From: Squalus acanthias
Taxonomy: Eukaryota
DNA length: 64,000 nt
Direction: 5' to 3'
Assembly: GCA_030390025.1 (NCBI GenBank)
Contig: CM059425.1
Span: 177,694,001-177,758,000, forward strand
Below are positions 24,531 through 37,189 of the stretch, in pieces (the first letter of the stretch is position 1; each line of letters starts with the position of its first letter). Both the position numbers and the translations under genes were made by a program. Under the pieces are notes generated by a model. The model had not been told where the DNA came from. It made no database searches and saw only the letters and a program-made list of their open reading frames with translations.

Positions 24531-24737
24531 TAATAAAAACAGGAAATGCTGGAAACACTCAGCAAGTCGGGCAGCATCTGTGGAGAGAGAAACTGAGTTA
24601 ACATTTCAGGTCGATGATCTTTCATTAGAACAGTAACTTTGTTTCTCTCGTCACAGAGGCTGCCTGACCTGCTGAGTGCTTCCAGCATTTTCTGTTTTTA
24701 TTTCAGATTTCCCACATCCGCAGTATTTTGCTTTTGT
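24531..24737. mobile_element. Penelope family A pLTR fragments in inverted arrangement
   Basis: 24531-24600 is the approximate reverse complement of 24633-24702. A decayed hammerhead lies on the minus strand at about 24596-24632. Confidence 0.8.
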
Positions 24738-25498
24738 TTTAATGGTTATTGGTAACTGGCCAGTATAGATGGTCACCCGCTATAAGCATGGGCGGTATAA
24801 GTGATAGAGACGGTACCTTCCGGAACGTGTGCTCTAAAATATTATGGCGCATCTGCCAATTGCTACCATTCAGTGTGTTGGCTGCAATGGAGAGATCTCC
24901 ATTATTGTTGAAGGCTGAGCAGTGAGTTTTTTTCTTCAAAACTACAACAGGCCAGGCATTGGTTCAACTGGCAGCTAAACCTGAGCTCAGATGGACATCA
25001 TAAGTTCAGTGGACATTGCATTGGGAAATCGAAGATCATAGTACCTCAGATTGCACTATTTCCTGGTTTAGTACAGGTGACTCATTAATTAGTTTGCTAT
25101 CTTGAACTTCAGCCTGTTAATTAGTTTAATACATGTTTATTAATGTTATTTATTTTTATTATGGGATGAAGGTTAACTATTTTCTGATAAGGAATTTATT
25201 ATTTTATCTTGATTAGGAATTTTTGGCCTGAAAGAGCCTGAACACAAGCTGTTTTTTTTGGCCATTTTCTAATTTGACTATGTTTGCCTGTATTCCTTTC
25301 AGAGCATCGTAAACTGATTTGTTTTGCAAAGCATTTGTGTCTTGTGCTGTGTTACAATTGCTGGAGCACTGGCAGTCCTCTGGTACCTTATTCAAGTGAA
25401 CATTCTTTGTCTGAGGGCATAAACAGTGGGAGTTGACAGGTGATTTGACCATGGGAGCCACCACATCTGATTTTGATCTTGTCATCACTTAATGTGCA

Positions 25499-25985
25499 TA
25501 AACTTGAGCTCATCCAAAACTTTGCTGCCCATATCCTAACTCGTACTAACTCTGTGCTCGCTGACGTACATTGAATCCCAGTCTAACAATGCCTCAATTT
25601 TAAAAATTCTCATCTTTGTGTTCAATTCACTAGGAGTGGCCTCACCCCTCCCTATCTCTGTAACCTCCTCCAGCCCTAAATCCCTCCAAGAACTCTATGT
25701 TCCTCCAACTCTGGCCTCTTGGGCATCCGCCACTTCGTTCGACTCTCCATTGGTGGACTTGCTTTCAGCCATCGAAGCCCTAAGCTCAGGAATACCCTCC
25801 AGAAATGTCTCTGACTCTCCACCTCTCTATCATTTAAGACACTCCTTAAAATCTTCCACCTTGACCAAACTTTTAGTCACCCATCCTTCTTTGGCTTGGT
25901 GTCAATTTTTGTCGGATTACACTCCTATGAAGTTTCTTGGGATGTTTTACTATGCTAAAGGCACTATATAAATGCAAGTTGTTGT
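25499..25985 (+). mobile_element. L2 LINE 3' fragment
   Basis: Homologous to 21507-21990, with tail GCACTATATAAATGCAAGTTGTTG. Confidence 0.8.
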
Positions 25986-26564
25986 AGAATACAACAAAAA
26001 CAGCCCCACTGATACAACATAGGAAAGAAGCCTTGATTTAAATGTCACCACTTGTCAATGGATCTGTTAAAGTGACCAGGTTACTTTCAGTAATTCCATA
26101 CCAACAACTTCTTAAATAAAATGAGTTAATGTGCCATAGTATTGCACATGTTATCTTCAGCTGAAGCAAGGTTAGAGGGCAGAGCTTAATTGCACCAGGG
26201 CGAGCAGACTGAATTCAGTCCCCAGTTTGAAGTCATATATTCTGTCTTTATTTTTAAATAATATTTTGATTTCATATTTATAGTTAAAAGCTAATCTTAT
26301 CCCAGTTTGGGAAGCAGAGGTAGAGTTGGTTAGAACATACAAATTCCTCTGCAGTACAGGCTGTGGAGCCCAGAGATGCAAACATATGTGCTACAGCACC
26401 ACCAATGGCAGGAGGGTATAATTACAATGTGACAAGTTTCTATAGGCAGTTTACAATATAAATGTGGATACTGGAATTTATACTGGGAATAGTTGAGAGC
26501 TCCCCAATAGAAAATATCACATTTCTCTATTTAAATATCATTCCATAATTCATAATTCTATATT

Positions 26565-26755
26565 TTCTGTCATCGTCACTGGGTCAAAATCCTGGAACTC
26601 CCTCCCTAACAGCACTGTGGGAGTACCTTCACCACACGGACTGCAGTGGTTCAAGAAGGAGGCTCACCACCACCTTTTCAAGGGCAACTAGGGATGGGCA
26701 ATAAATGCTGGCCTTGCCAGCGACGCCCACATCCCATGAACAAATATTTAAAAAA
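26565..26755 (+). mobile_element. LINE family 2, 3' end
   Basis: GSKSWNSLPNS and a 3'UTR stem matching 23553-23730. Confidence 0.8.
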
Positions 26756-26795
26756 ACTTATAATTGAAAACAAAAGCAATTGTTAGTAATTAAGT

Positions 26796-27930
26796 GCGAG
26801 GAGCTCATGGACCTCTTTGTCACTAAGATTGAGACCATCCAATCAGCTGCCTCTGCCACTTCCCTTCCTTCCCCTAGCCCACTGGGCTAAACTTCCTCTA
26901 AGGTTCCCCCCGCCCTAGCCCTGAAATCGCATCTTTCTCTAGTACCTCTCCTATCTCTCCTTATGCAATCTCCGAGCTCACCTTTTCCATGAGACCCACT
27001 TCCTGCTCCCTCCATGCTATTCCCACAAAACTGCTGACCACCCAACTTCCCTTCCTGGCTCCCATGATAGCTGATATTGTTAACAGTTCTCTCTCCTCAG
27101 GTACTGTCCCCCTCTCCTTCAATTCTGCTGTCATCACCCCTCTCCTCAAAAAAACAACCCTTGACCCCTCGGTCCGGGTAAACGACTGCACCATCTCCAA
27201 CCTCACTTTCCTCTTCAAAGTACTTGAACGTGTTGTTGCCTCCCAAATCCGTGCCCATCTTTCCTGGAACTCTGTGTTTGAATCCCTCCTGTGAGGTTTC
27301 CGCTCCTGTCACAGTACCGAAATGGCTCTTATCAAAGTCACAAATGACAACCTTTGTGACTGACAAAGCTAAACTATCTGTCCTCATCCTTCTCAACCTG
27401 TCTGCAGCCCTTGACACGGTTGAACACAATCTATCCTCCTCCAACGCCTCTCCTCCGTCGTCTAGCTGGGTGAGACTGCACTCGCCTGATTCCATTCTTA
27501 TCTATCTAATTGTAGCCAGAGAATCACCTGCAATGGCTTCTCTTCCCGCTCCCACACCATTACCTCTGGTGTCCCCCAAGGATCTATCCTTGGCCCACTC
27601 CTATTTCTCATCCATTCCTTTGTTACCTCTAGACTTGACTATTCCAATACACTCCTGGCTGGCCTCCCACGTTCTACCGTCCGTAAACTTGAGGTCATCC
27701 AAAACTCGGCTGCCCGTGTCCTAACTTGCACCAAGTCCCGTTCACCCATCACCCCTGTGCTTGTTGACCTACATTGGCTCATGGTTAAGCAACACCTCGA
27801 TTTTAAAATTCTCATCCTTGTTTTCAAATCCCTCCATGGCCTCGCCCCTCCCTATCTCTGTAATCTCCTCCAGCCCCACAACTCTCCGAGCTATCTGCGC
27901 TCCTCTAATTCTGGCCTCTTGAGCATCCCC
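26796..27930 (+). mobile_element. L2 LINE RT fragment (internally deleted)
   Basis: PTSCSL.AIPTKLL, ISNLTFLFKVLERVVA, STEMAL, LNLSAALDTV.H, GVPQGSILGP and LHWL. Confidence 0.88.
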
Positions 27931-28115
27931 AGGTAACGTTCGCGCCACACAAGTGCCAGGCAATGACTATCTCCAACAAGAGCGTGTCTAACCACTGCCC
28001 CTTGACATTCAACAGCATTACCATCGCCGAATCCCCCACCATCAACATCCTGGGGGTCACCATTGACCAGAAACTTAACTGGACCAGCCACATAAATACT
28101 GTGGCAACAAGAGCA
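27931..28115 (+). mobile_element. LINE family 2, internal fragment
   Basis: TFAPHKCQAMTISNK...NILGVTIDQKLNWTSHINTVATRA, fused directly to the L2 fragment. Confidence 0.8.
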
Positions 28116-28544
28116 GTTGATACAGTTGATGCCTCCTATTATGTAGAGAAATACCGATAAATAATTTATGAATATTCAGCTCCCAAACAGTAAATATGAC
28201 ATAAGAAAACCAGGGAACCAATTGGTTCTAAATGTGATTCGGATGAAATGATGTAATTTGAAGTAGGTAATAACTCGCTGGCTACATAAATTCAGTTTAA
28301 AAGTACTGCAGTTCTACAAACTGTTTACATTGTCGCCTCTTGAGGATTATCGGACGATATTATATAATGGGTATTTGGTCTCTCTGCCTGAATTCTGCCT
28401 GTTGCCTCAGATATATGACTTAAATAATATAACAGTGAATCAGCAACTGACCAATGTGATCAACATAAATACCTCCGTTTATATCATAGGGCAGTATTTT
28501 CATTCTGATTCATGATTAGGTTTTTCTCATTCTCTTCACACTGT

Positions 28545-29405
28545 TGTCCTCACTGACATACATAGGCTTCCGGTCCTCCAGTATCGCCAATTTAAAATTC
28601 TCATCCTTGTGGTTAAATCCCTTCATGACCTTGCCCTCCCTATCTCTGTAACATCTTCCAGCCCAGCACCTCCCGCCCCCGAACTCACCATTCCTCTGAC
28701 TCATGTGTCAGCTGTGGCTGAGTGGGTGGCACTCTCACCTCTGAGTCAGAAGGTTGTGGGTTCATAGTCCCACTCCAGAGACTTGAGCACAAAAATCAAG
28801 GCTGACACTCCAGTGCAGTGCTGAGGGAGTGCTGCACTGTCAGAGGTACTGTCTTTCGGATGAGACATTAAACCTTTTCCCTGTCTGCTCTCTCAGGTGG
28901 ATGTAAAAGATCCCATGACACTATTTCAAAGAAGAGCAGGGGAGTTATCCCCAGAATCCTGGCCAATATTTATCCCTCAATCAACATCACAAACAGATTA
29001 TTTGGTCATTATCACATTGCTGTTTGTGAGAGCTTGCTGTGTGCAAATTGGCTGTCACGTTTCCTACATTACAACATTGACTACACTTCAAAAAGTGCTT
29101 CATTGGCTGTAAAGCGCTTTGGGATGTCTGGTGGTTGTGAAAGGTGCTATATAAATGCAAGTCTTTCTTTGTTATTGGGGGCTTTTTTGCATCCCCTCTT
29201 CAGCCCATCAATGTTCAGCTGCCTGGGCCCCATGCTCTGGAATTTTCTTCCTAAACCCCTCCACTTCTCCCCTTTTAAGACCTTCCTTAAAAACCACCTC
29301 TTTGGCCAAGCTATTGGTTATCACGCCTAATTTTTGTCTAATTACACCTCTGTGAAATGCTTTGGGCATTCTTCTATGTTAAAGGTCTTATATAAATGCA
29401 AGTTG
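28545..29405 (+). mobile_element. L2 3' fragment split by a SINE
   Basis: L2 3' sequence at 28545-28703 resumes at about 29175 and ends in TATATAAATGCAAGTT. Confidence 0.7.
28704..29170 (+). mobile_element. tRNA-headed Deu-domain SINE (SacSINE1/AmnSINE-like), full length
   Basis: A box TGGCTGAGTGG and B-box-like GGTTCATAGTCCC, Deu core GTCTTTCGGATGAGACATTAAACC...AAAGATCCCATGACAC, and an L2-type tail GTGCTATATAAATGCAAGTCTTTCTTT. Confidence 0.85.
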
Positions 29406-29539
29406 GTGTCATTCAGACTCAATTAGCCAAACTCTGTGTTGGGGTGTCATTTTACTGATCAGCAGTGGTAACATCCCTTAAGGCAGTGGAGAAATTACCT
29501 TTTTGAACTAAGTGGGAAACATCCTGCAAACACTGCAGC

Positions 29540-30110
29540 TCAAGGATGTGGCACTGGCAGTCAGTAGAATTTCAGGACACTCTTGCAATGTTGCAAGAGT
29601 TCAATGATCTGAAAAGGTCATGCTGTGGCACTTATAGCCATGGCTGATTATTAACATAGAATGACAGTACATGAGGTGCAGACGTGACTAAGTATTCCAG
29701 CACTGTTCCATGTGGTGTCACAATGAGCAAGATATCAACAGCTGCTGTTACACAGTCATCTGGATCCCTTCAATTCGCCTTCTCTCACAAGTAACCATGC
29801 AATCTTGTCTTTTAAAACATAATGTCAATGTTCTCATATCACTGTTAATATTCCCTTTCAATAGTTAAAAGATAAAAAAAAAAGGAACAGAAAAGGATGA
29901 CAAACTGTTAGTCTATTAAAACTATTCCCTCTTCATGCAGGAGAAATTTGCTCATGATACTAGAGAACGTCAAGCAACAGGTGGAGGACCACCAGACTTG
30001 TGGGTATTAACACATCAGGTAAAAAGGTTATGGAGATACTGGGCACAGTCATCGTAAATAGTAGGAGAGAGAGAGATGTAGGAGGCCCTGCAGCCCGTGT
30101 GGATTCATTA
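29540..30110 (+). pseudogene. Old Harbinger Myb/SANT gene remnant with an intron
   Basis: An RTLLQCCK-FNDL-like segment near 29575-29612, then acceptor TTCCCTCTTCATGCAG| followed by EKFAHDTRERQATGGGPPDL from 29941. Confidence 0.55.
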
Positions 30111-30417
30111 GACTAGCTGAAAGTCTTAGAAAATCCACACTATTCATATGTATCATATCTGTAACTATTCTGTGGAGAGCCCTAACTAAGTAGAAAAGGA
30201 AATGTGAACAATCGGAGTCTGTCTTTAACTTCTACAGGAATATTAAGATGTAAATCACTGGAGGACATGTAGGAAAGTGTATAATATAATAGGTTAACAG
30301 CTTGGTGTAAGTACAGTTAACAGCTTGGATAGCACGAGATAGCCGTGGCATAGATGGCAACAGTAAAGTAGGAAGTTAGAAACCACTGCTAGTGATTACA
30401 TGACTTTTCAAATGTTA

Positions 30418-31164
30418 GGGGGAAAAATTGAGTCGCGCCCCCTTTGGGGCGCTAACTTCGCTGGGTTCAGCGCCCTGAAAAAATTAGCACCCCCACAGCC
30501 GAAATTCATCAGTAGTGCCCCAAGAGGGAAGCGGGGCTCTACTGGAAGCGCCCCGCCTCCCTCTTGGGGCGCTGCGAGGGAATATTGCGGCGCTACATGC
30601 TGCAGCACCACGCGCTGTGGCACGTCGCGCCGCGGTACTGCAGGCCTTCCTCCCCTTCTTAAAGGGGAGGGGCCTTGCGCAGTGCGACCCGGGGCCCAGC
30701 TGGGCCACCAGGGATCGGAGTGCCGGCAAAAGAGCCCGGCACTCAAGAGAAGTGCCGGGCTCATGGAGCGCAGTCGGCACTCTGCGGGGGTCTGCTCAGG
30801 AGGCCGGGGACAGCAACGGGGGCAGGTGCTGGCAGGCGGCCAGCAACAAAAATGGCCGCCCGGCACCTCGTCTTTAATTAGCGCCGCCCCGGCCGCAGGT
30901 AGGCCCCCTGACCCCGTCAGACATAGCGTCCGGTGGTAAGTCAGGGTGCTACCGAAGATCGCGGCCGGGGTGTGAGCGGGGCGCTGCGCACGGCGATGAC
31001 GTCATCGCCGGCGGCTGGGCGCTAACGGTTACTGCCGCCGCTAACCTCCCACTGAATTTCACGGGAGGCGTTGGCGGCGCCGCGCCTGGGTGCTAGTTAC
31101 TTTGCGCCCCATTAGCGCCCTCTTAGGGCACTAATGAGGCGCAAAGCAACTGAATTTTTCCCCC
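30418..31164. mobile_element. PIF/Harbinger-type MITE (747 bp)
   Basis: TIR GGGGGAAAAATT/AATTTTTCCCCC with flanks TTA/TAA (Harbinger TWA type). Homologous to 7527-8276. Confidence 0.85.
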
Positions 31165-31334
31165 TAAGTGTTTTAATTGTGTGTGTACTCTTCAGCAGCA
31201 TGTTCTAATGAAGCGTATACACCCACAATATCATAACTTGCCTTTTCCCTTCACAGATTCTGAATGGCCTGTTGTGTATTTCCAGCATTTTCCGTCTTTA
31301 TCTCTGATTTCAGTGTTTCCTTTTTATTTTAAGC

Positions 31335-34300
31335 AATTGTGCTACCAATATTAATCATGGTCCAGCCCATACCTGGTCATCCAGTCACACCCCCTGTGGT
31401 TACGATCAATAACATACCACTTAAGGTCACGGACAAATTCTGCTACCAAGTTACCATTCTCTCTCGAATCAAAGACGACATCACTCACCGGATTGGTAGG
31501 GCCAGCGCTACTTTTGGCAAACTCAAGTGGAGACTCTGACAGGAACAAGGGGTTAGTCTACCAATAAAAGCCACATAATAGCCCCTAAGGCCACAGCTGT
31601 TGTCCTCACCATCCTATGATATGGTGATATGCTACCATCATCACATCAAGTGACTTGACCATTTCCACTTCTGATGTCTACGATGTGTTGTTGGCATCAA
31701 GTGGCAGGACAGGGCGCCTCACGTGCTGAAATATATTTGGAATTGAGGCCACAATCAAAAAGGTCCAGTTACATTGGTCTGGAAACGTTGTTTATATGTC
31801 TTTTTAAAAAATTTATTCCTGAGATGTGGGCATCGCTGGCAAGGCCAGCATTTATTGCCCATTCCTAATTGCCCTAATTGCCATTACAACAGTGACTACA
31901 CTCCAAAAATCCTTCATTTGCTGTAAAGCACTTTGAGACGTCTGATGGTCATGGAAGGCGCTATATAAATGTAAGTCTTTCTTTTTGATAAGATTGTGGT
32001 GAGCCGCCGCCTTGAACCGCTGCAGTCCGTGTAGTGAAGGTACTCCCACAGTGCTATTGGGGAGAGAGTTCCAGGATTTTGATCCAGCAACGATAAGGGA
32101 ATAGCGATATATTTCCAAGTCAGATTGGTGTGTAACTTGGAGGGGAACTTGCAGGTGATGGTGTTCCCATGCACCTGCTGCCTTTGTCCTTCTAGGTGGT
32201 AGAGGTTGCGGGTTTGGGAGGTGCTGCTGAAGAAGCTTAGACGAGTTGTAGATGGTACACACAGCAGCCACGGTGTGCCGGTGGTGGAGGGAGTGAATGT
32301 TTAAGATGGTGGATGGAGTGCCAATCAAGTGGGCTGCTTTGCCCTGGATGGTGTCGAGCTTCTTGAGTGTTGGTGGAGCTGCACTTATCCAGGCAAGTGG
32401 AGAGTATTCCGTCACACTCCTGACTTGTGCCTTGTAGATGGTGGAAAGAATTTGGGGAGTCAGGATGTGAGACACTCACCGCAGAATACCTAGCCTCTGA
32501 CTCGCTCTTCTTCCCACAGTATTTATGTGGTTGGTCCAGTTAAGTTTCTGGTCAATGGTGACCCCCCAGGATGTTGATGATGGGGGATTCGGCGATGGTA
32601 ATGTCATTGAATGTAAAGGGGTGGTGATTAGAGTCTCGCTTGTTGGAGATAGTCATTGCCTGGCACTTGTGTGGGACGAATGTTACTTGCCACTTATCAG
32701 CCCAAGCCTGAATGTCGTCCTGGTCTTGCTGCATGTGGACATGGACTGCTTCATTATTTGAGGAATTGCGAATGGAACTGAACACTGTGCAATCATCAGC
32801 GAACATCCCCACTTCTGACCTTATGATGGAGGGAAGGTCATTGATGAAGCAGCTGAAGATGGTTGGGCCTAGGACACTGCCTGTGGAACTCCTGCAGTGA
32901 TGTCCTGGGGCTGAGATAAATGACCTCCAACAACCACAACCATCTTCCTTTGTGTTAGATATGACTCCAGCCAGTGGAAAGTTTTCCCTCTGATTCCCAT
33001 TGATTTCAGTTTTACTACGGCTGCTTGATGCCACACTCGGTCAAATACTGCCTTGATGTCAAGGCCAGTCACTCTCACCTCTCCTTTGGAATTCAGCTCT
33101 TTTGTCCATGTTTGGACCAAGGCTTTAATGAGATCTGGGGCCAAGTGGTCCTAGCAGAACCCAAACTGGGCATCAGTAAGCAGGTTATTGGTGAGTAAGT
33201 GCCGCTTGATAGCACTGTTAATGACACCTACCATGATTTTGCTGATGATTGAGAGTAGACTGATGGGGTGGTAATTAGTCGGATTGGATTTGTCCTGCTT
33301 TTTGTGGACAGGACATACCTGGGCAGTTTTCCACTTTGTCCGTTAGATGCCAGTGTTGTAGCTGTATTGGAGCAGCTTTGCTAGATGCACGACTAGTTCT
33401 GGAGCACAAGTCTTCAGCACGACAGCCGGGATGTTGTCAGGGACCATAGCCTTTGCTGTATCCAGTGCACTCAGCCGTTTCTTGATACCATGTGGAGTGA
33501 ATCGAATTGGCTGAAGACTGGCTTCTGTGATGGTGGGGATCTCAGGAGGAGGCCGATATGGATCATCCACTCAGCTCTTCTGGCTGAAGATGTTTGCAAA
33601 CGCTTCAGCCTTGTCTTTTGCACTCATGTGCCATCATTGAGGATGGGGATATTCATGGAGCCCCCTCCTCCCATTAGTTGTTTATTTGTCCACCACTATT
33701 CACGACTGGATGTGGCAGGACTGCAGAGCTTTGATCTGATCCATTGATTGTGGGATCGCTTAGCTCTGTTTATAGCATGCTGCTTCCGCTGTTTCCATGC
33801 ATGTAGTCGTTTGTTGCTGCTTCCTCAGGTTAGCACCTCATTTTTAGGTATGCCTGGTGCTGCTCCTGGCGTACTCTTCTACACTCGTCATTGAACCAGG
33901 GTTGGTCCCCTGGCTTGATGGTAATAGTAGAGTGAGGGATATGCCGGGCTATGAGGTTACAGATTGTGGTAGAATACAATTCTGCTGCTGCTGATGGCCC
34001 ACAGCACCTCATGGATGCCCAGTTTTGAGCTGCTAGATCTGTTCTAAAACTATCCCATTTAGCACGGTGGTAGTGCCACACAACACGATCAAGGTTGTCC
34101 TCAGTGTGAAGACGGGACTTTGTCTCAACAAGGACTGTGCAGTGGTCACTGCTACCAATGCTATCATGGAGAGATGCATCTGCGACAGGTAGATAGGTGA
34201 GGACGAGGTCAAGACGTTGGTTGTCTCACCACCTCGAATTAGTTCTCTCACCACCTGCCGCAGGCCCAGTCTGGCAGCTATTTCCTTCAGAACTCGCCAG

Positions 34301-34840
34301 CTCGGTCAGTAGTGGTGCTACCGAGCCACTCTTGGTGATGGACATTGTAGTCCCCCACCCAGAGTACATTCTGTGCCCTTGCTACCCTCAGTACTTCTTC
34401 CAAGTGATGTTCAACATGGATGAGTACTGAATCATCAGCTGAGGGAGGGTGGTAGGTGGTAATCAGCAGGAGGTTTCCTTGCCCATGCTTGACCTGAAGC
34501 CATGAGACTTCATGGGGTCTGGAGTCAATGTTGAGGACTCCCAGAGCCACTCCCTCCTGACTGTATACCACTGTGCCGCCACCTCTGATGGGTCTGTTCT
34601 GCTGGTGGGACAGGACATACCCAGGGATGGTGATGAAGGATTATAGAATTCCCAAAGCCGTCTTCTACGGCGAGCTACAATCTAGATATTGCACAGAGGT
34701 AGATAGATGAAACGCTTTAAAGACACATTGTAAGCTGCCTTAAAATCTTGCAATGTTAACCCCAATACCTGGGAATACACAGCCAAAAACAGACCACAAT
34801 GCTGCCATGTCTGCTGGGTCGGCTTGAATGAATTTGAGGC
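31335..34840 (+). mobile_element. RTE-clade LINE 3' remnant split by a family 2 LINE
   Basis: INNIPLKVTDKFCY...DDITHRIGRASATFGKL and SQLHWSGNV (31335-31795) resume as RIPKAVFYGEL and RFKDTL at about 34645-34840. Confidence 0.75.
31800..34640 (-). mobile_element. CR1/L2-group LINE family 2, most of ORF2 (APE plus RT), decayed
   Basis: TTYHPPS, VGDYNVHH, LDIKAVFDRVWH, GSVLGPTIF, MFADDCT and YKAQVRS. A Deu-SINE tail is inserted at about 31878-31985. Confidence 0.9.
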
Positions 34841-35714
34841 TGCAGATCCACCTCATCTGGCTTTCCATGCGGCTGTATATGTAAATTCAGGATCAGGCTT
34901 GTCTCCCATCAGCGCAACCATAACCACTGAGACTCATCTGTTGATTTAATGGGAGAATCCATCAAATTAATTTCAAAGACCAGACTTGAGGACAGTGACC
35001 CATATAATGTTATCGGGCAGACTGAGCTGTGGTAACATGGCGCACTATAACTACAGTGAAAGGACCATCCAGCTTTATTATAGCCTGTAATACTGAGACC
35101 ACTTTCATGGTAAATGTAATACCCTTTAAGCCGTCTCATTTAGCATAATTAAAGATCAATCAAACGTGCCCACAACTGCTGCTGATGGATTTTCCCCTGC
35201 CGGGAAGTTGTGCTATAGTTTGTGTAATATTTCATACAAACTATAGCACAGTATCAGGTAAAGTACAGCTTTGTTACCAGTCATTTGAGATCTTACTTAC
35301 TGTTAACCAAAGGCGTATTCAACTATATGTTGAAATAGTTTTGTAATGTTTGTGCTTGTTCGTCAGTTACAATCATATCTTCAATTAATTATTTTCAGGA
35401 AACATTATAAATATATGCTGATGAAAATAACCGAACGATGTGTTTTAGTATACTGTCCACACATTTTAAATTTTACCATAATTGTGATTATAAAATATTA
35501 GCTGTGACTTTTATTTTCCCAGAGCCTCAGAATAAATCATTTGTTCTTCCGACCTACAGCACTAACAAGAACAAAGCAATTATCTGTGTCAAATAGAGGC
35601 TTTTTTAGAACCAGGGAACATTTTATTTTCTACTGAATGAGGCATTTTTACAAATTTTCTGACTTTTTCTAGATTTTAGCTGAAAACAGAAAACCCCATA
35701 TTTCTATACATAAT

Positions 35715-36458
35715 GGCCCAGAAATTGATCTCGCTCTGTTCCCACGGGGGTAAGCCTTCCCCGCGATCTCTCACCTCGCTTGTGCTTTTTCAGATCCAGC
35801 TCGCACGAACTTCATGTTCTAGAGATCAGCTGGGCAGTGCTTGCGTATCCCACCGGCGTAGTGAATTCGTGCGAGCTGTGGGATCACGTGACTTAGTTAG
35901 AGCCAATGGCAGCACACCATCTTCCATTCATAAGTTTCACAGCACGGCTGTGAAATCTATGAATCTTACACCCCCCCAAAATAACAGCTAAACCTCAATT
36001 AAATTTAAAAAAAAACCATCACATTAATAAAATAAGTATAGTTAATTAAATTAACCATTTTAAATAAAAAATTAAATTTTTGAAAAAATTTAAAATCTTT
36101 TAAAAAGTTATAAAAATAAACTTACCTGTCTTTAAAGTCTCTAAAAAAGATATACCTGTTAAAAAAAAATTCAAAAAAATACTTAATTCACTACTTACCT
36201 TCTTAAAAGTGGGTCTTACTCCTCCTTTTTACATTTCCAAATTCTTCCGTACTTACCTGCGCGTCCAAAGCATGAAGTGCACAGCGTGCGCGCAGCCTGT
36301 AGCGCGCACGTGATGCACCGAGGACCCGCCCCCTTTTCAGAAGAGCAATTGCCGGTTTTCAGCGCATGCGCAGGGCATGCAGAAAACCGGCAATTGGAGT
36401 GGGAATACGCGAGAGTACGCAGTGCGTACTCTCGCGTCCCGGGATCAATTTTCGGCCC
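35715..36458. mobile_element. Harbinger-like MITE (744 bp) with AT-rich core and GC-rich palindromic arms
   Basis: Imperfect TIR GGCCCAGAAATTGATC/GATCAATTTTCGGCCC. TSD not clear. Confidence 0.65.
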
Positions 36459-36599
36459 TTTTATATATTTTGTATTCAAAGTCTAAAAAATTTAATCGAA
36501 CTCATGACCATCCTCCAATGCACTACTTCCTCCCACTCCATACCCCAGGTTTTCGCCTTGTGTATTAGTTCAAAAATAGCTTCTGAGCAAGTCATTGTA

Positions 36600-36696
36600 C
36601 ACTTACGAGAAGCAGAATAAAAGATTCACTTACGAGAAGCAGAATAAAAGATTCACTTACGAGAAGCAGAATAAAAGATTCACTTACGAGAAGCAG
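36600..36696. repeat. 27-bp minisatellite, 3.6 perfect copies
   Basis: Unit CACTTACGAGAAGCAGAATAAAAGATT. Confidence 0.97.
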
Positions 36697-37189
36697 CCGT
36701 GGAGAGGTCAGCTGTTAGCACAGCCTGTTGCTTCACTATCGTGCTGCACCACAGGGTTATGCAGTGGCGAAAGCAGGATTTATTCAGTAGTTTTTTTTTG
36801 GATATGAGCTTGCCAATGCAAACAAAGCTACTTCAAGTAGGAATTTCAAAATATGGTTCAAATAGAAACATTATTGTTTCCATTAATCTAATAATTCAAA
36901 TAAAACAAATGGGAAGGGAAAAATACAGTCTTGTCGGACAAAAACTCTAAAGCAGGATGTCTAAGCATTGGTTGTCTGTAGTTAATCTATCAATAACTTT
37001 GTTACTGTTCCCTGCAATATCTCAGTGAATATTTAGAAGTGCAAGCCCAACTAATGGGTTTTCACTGATCGAATTGCAGATCTGACTAGCTCTGGAACTA
37101 ATCTTTTTCTGTCTGGTTTGCTAGGAGGGTTTCCAGCTTCCAGATCTCTACTTCTACATTTCTGTTGCTTTACCACCTTTTAGTCAGCT

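Noticed and set aside
24739..25488. Possible host exons (66 and 91 aa minus-strand ORFs)
   Set aside because: No recognisable protein motif or convincing splice pair. Cannot be supported without homology or RNA evidence.
30400..30939. Overlapping 100-180 aa ORFs
   Set aside because: They arise from the high GC content of a MITE and show no recognisable domain.
34900..35300. Possible conserved non-coding element (also about 28140-28500)
   Set aside because: Looks non-repetitive, but conservation cannot be judged from one sequence.
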